DNA from: Azolla caroliniana
Taxonomy: Eukaryota > Plantae > Polypodiophyta
Direction: 5' to 3'
Assembly (NCBI GenBank): GCA_043228905.1
Contig: JBHGNT010000011.1
Span: 2,852,001 to 2,916,000, forward strand
DNA: 64,000 nucleotides
Below the pieces are notes generated by a model. The model ran no database searches and was not told the origin of the DNA. It saw nothing but the letters and a program-made list of their open reading frames with translations. How positions within the stretch are numbered: position 1 is the first letter of the stretch; each line of letters opens with the position of its first letter. Positions 63,394-64,000 of the stretch are shown here, piece by piece. The translations under genes and the position numbers were made by a program.

Positions 63394-63400
63394 AAATCAA
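63180..63400. repeat. 110-bp tandem duplication with (CT)n
   Basis: agattacacttgacctacgcctttgatgag...(ct)n.cgtaaatca twice. Confidence 0.9.
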
Positions 63401-63505
63401 TGTTTGTTATTAAAACAATATGATAATACACCCTTTGCTATCTTCACTACATAAATAGTGATAGTGCAAGGTAAACCCTCTCAAGTGTTGTAAAACTAGA
63501 TGACA

Positions 63506-63544
<39 letters not shown>

Positions 63545-64000
63545 CATGCTCACCTTTACATGGGGTCTTGGGGTTTGTAGTTGATGTGATGGTGAAGAGG
63601 TTCCGCAACCACCAATGCTACTTCATGTGCCCTTTGCACTTAGTGTTTAGATCTTCAAGTTACACACTAAAAAACTTGGATCCACCTTTGTTGCTTTGTT
63701 GTAGGATCACATGTTAATTTTCATGCATCCTTATAATCCTTTACATATCTACCTTTCACTTGCATGCCTTGCCCTTCTAAAAGAGGAATCCAATAATTAG
63801 CTTCTTGTAGATAGTGTAAGGGTTGGGAGACCCCTCTTGTGCCCTCTACACTTAATGCTTGGAACATCGAGTTACAAATTATTAGTCTTGAATTAACCTT
63901 TGTTGTTGCACCTTAAGATTCTTTAAATTGATTTTCATGTATCACTATCCTCTACTTATCTGTCTTTCACACTTGATGATTGGCTTTGCCCTTTGAGAGC

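Overview
Land-plant nuclear DNA, probably a fern or other seed-free plant judging by element families and gene style (inference). Three host genes are present: (1) the 3' part of a GPI-anchored A1 aspartic protease (+, 1-3499); (2) an RS-rich CCCH zinc-finger gene with a C-terminal SRI-like domain (+, about 39.5-46.2 kb), whose SURP/SWAP exon is pseudogenised; (3) a 9-exon half-size ABCG22/26/27-clade transporter (-, 49334-60086) with a G-box/ABRE cluster upstream. Between about 4.8 and 38.1 kb lies a nested retrotransposon stack. One old Tork/Tnt1-like Copia (-) is split by a foreign 3.1-kb LTR-element fragment, five solo LTRs and four near full-length Copias, most with readable TSDs. The most unusual signal is a Copia family (3 copies) whose pol runs in frame through an internal polypurine tract into a ~205-codon Lys/Arg-rich tail that ends at a second PPT. 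Other notable items are a (CCCTAAA)3 telomeric patch replacing part of an RT, a 236-bp duplication creating a decoy splice acceptor in the ABCG gene, and a TAATC/GATTA motif array. All calls are from manual reading; no searches were run.
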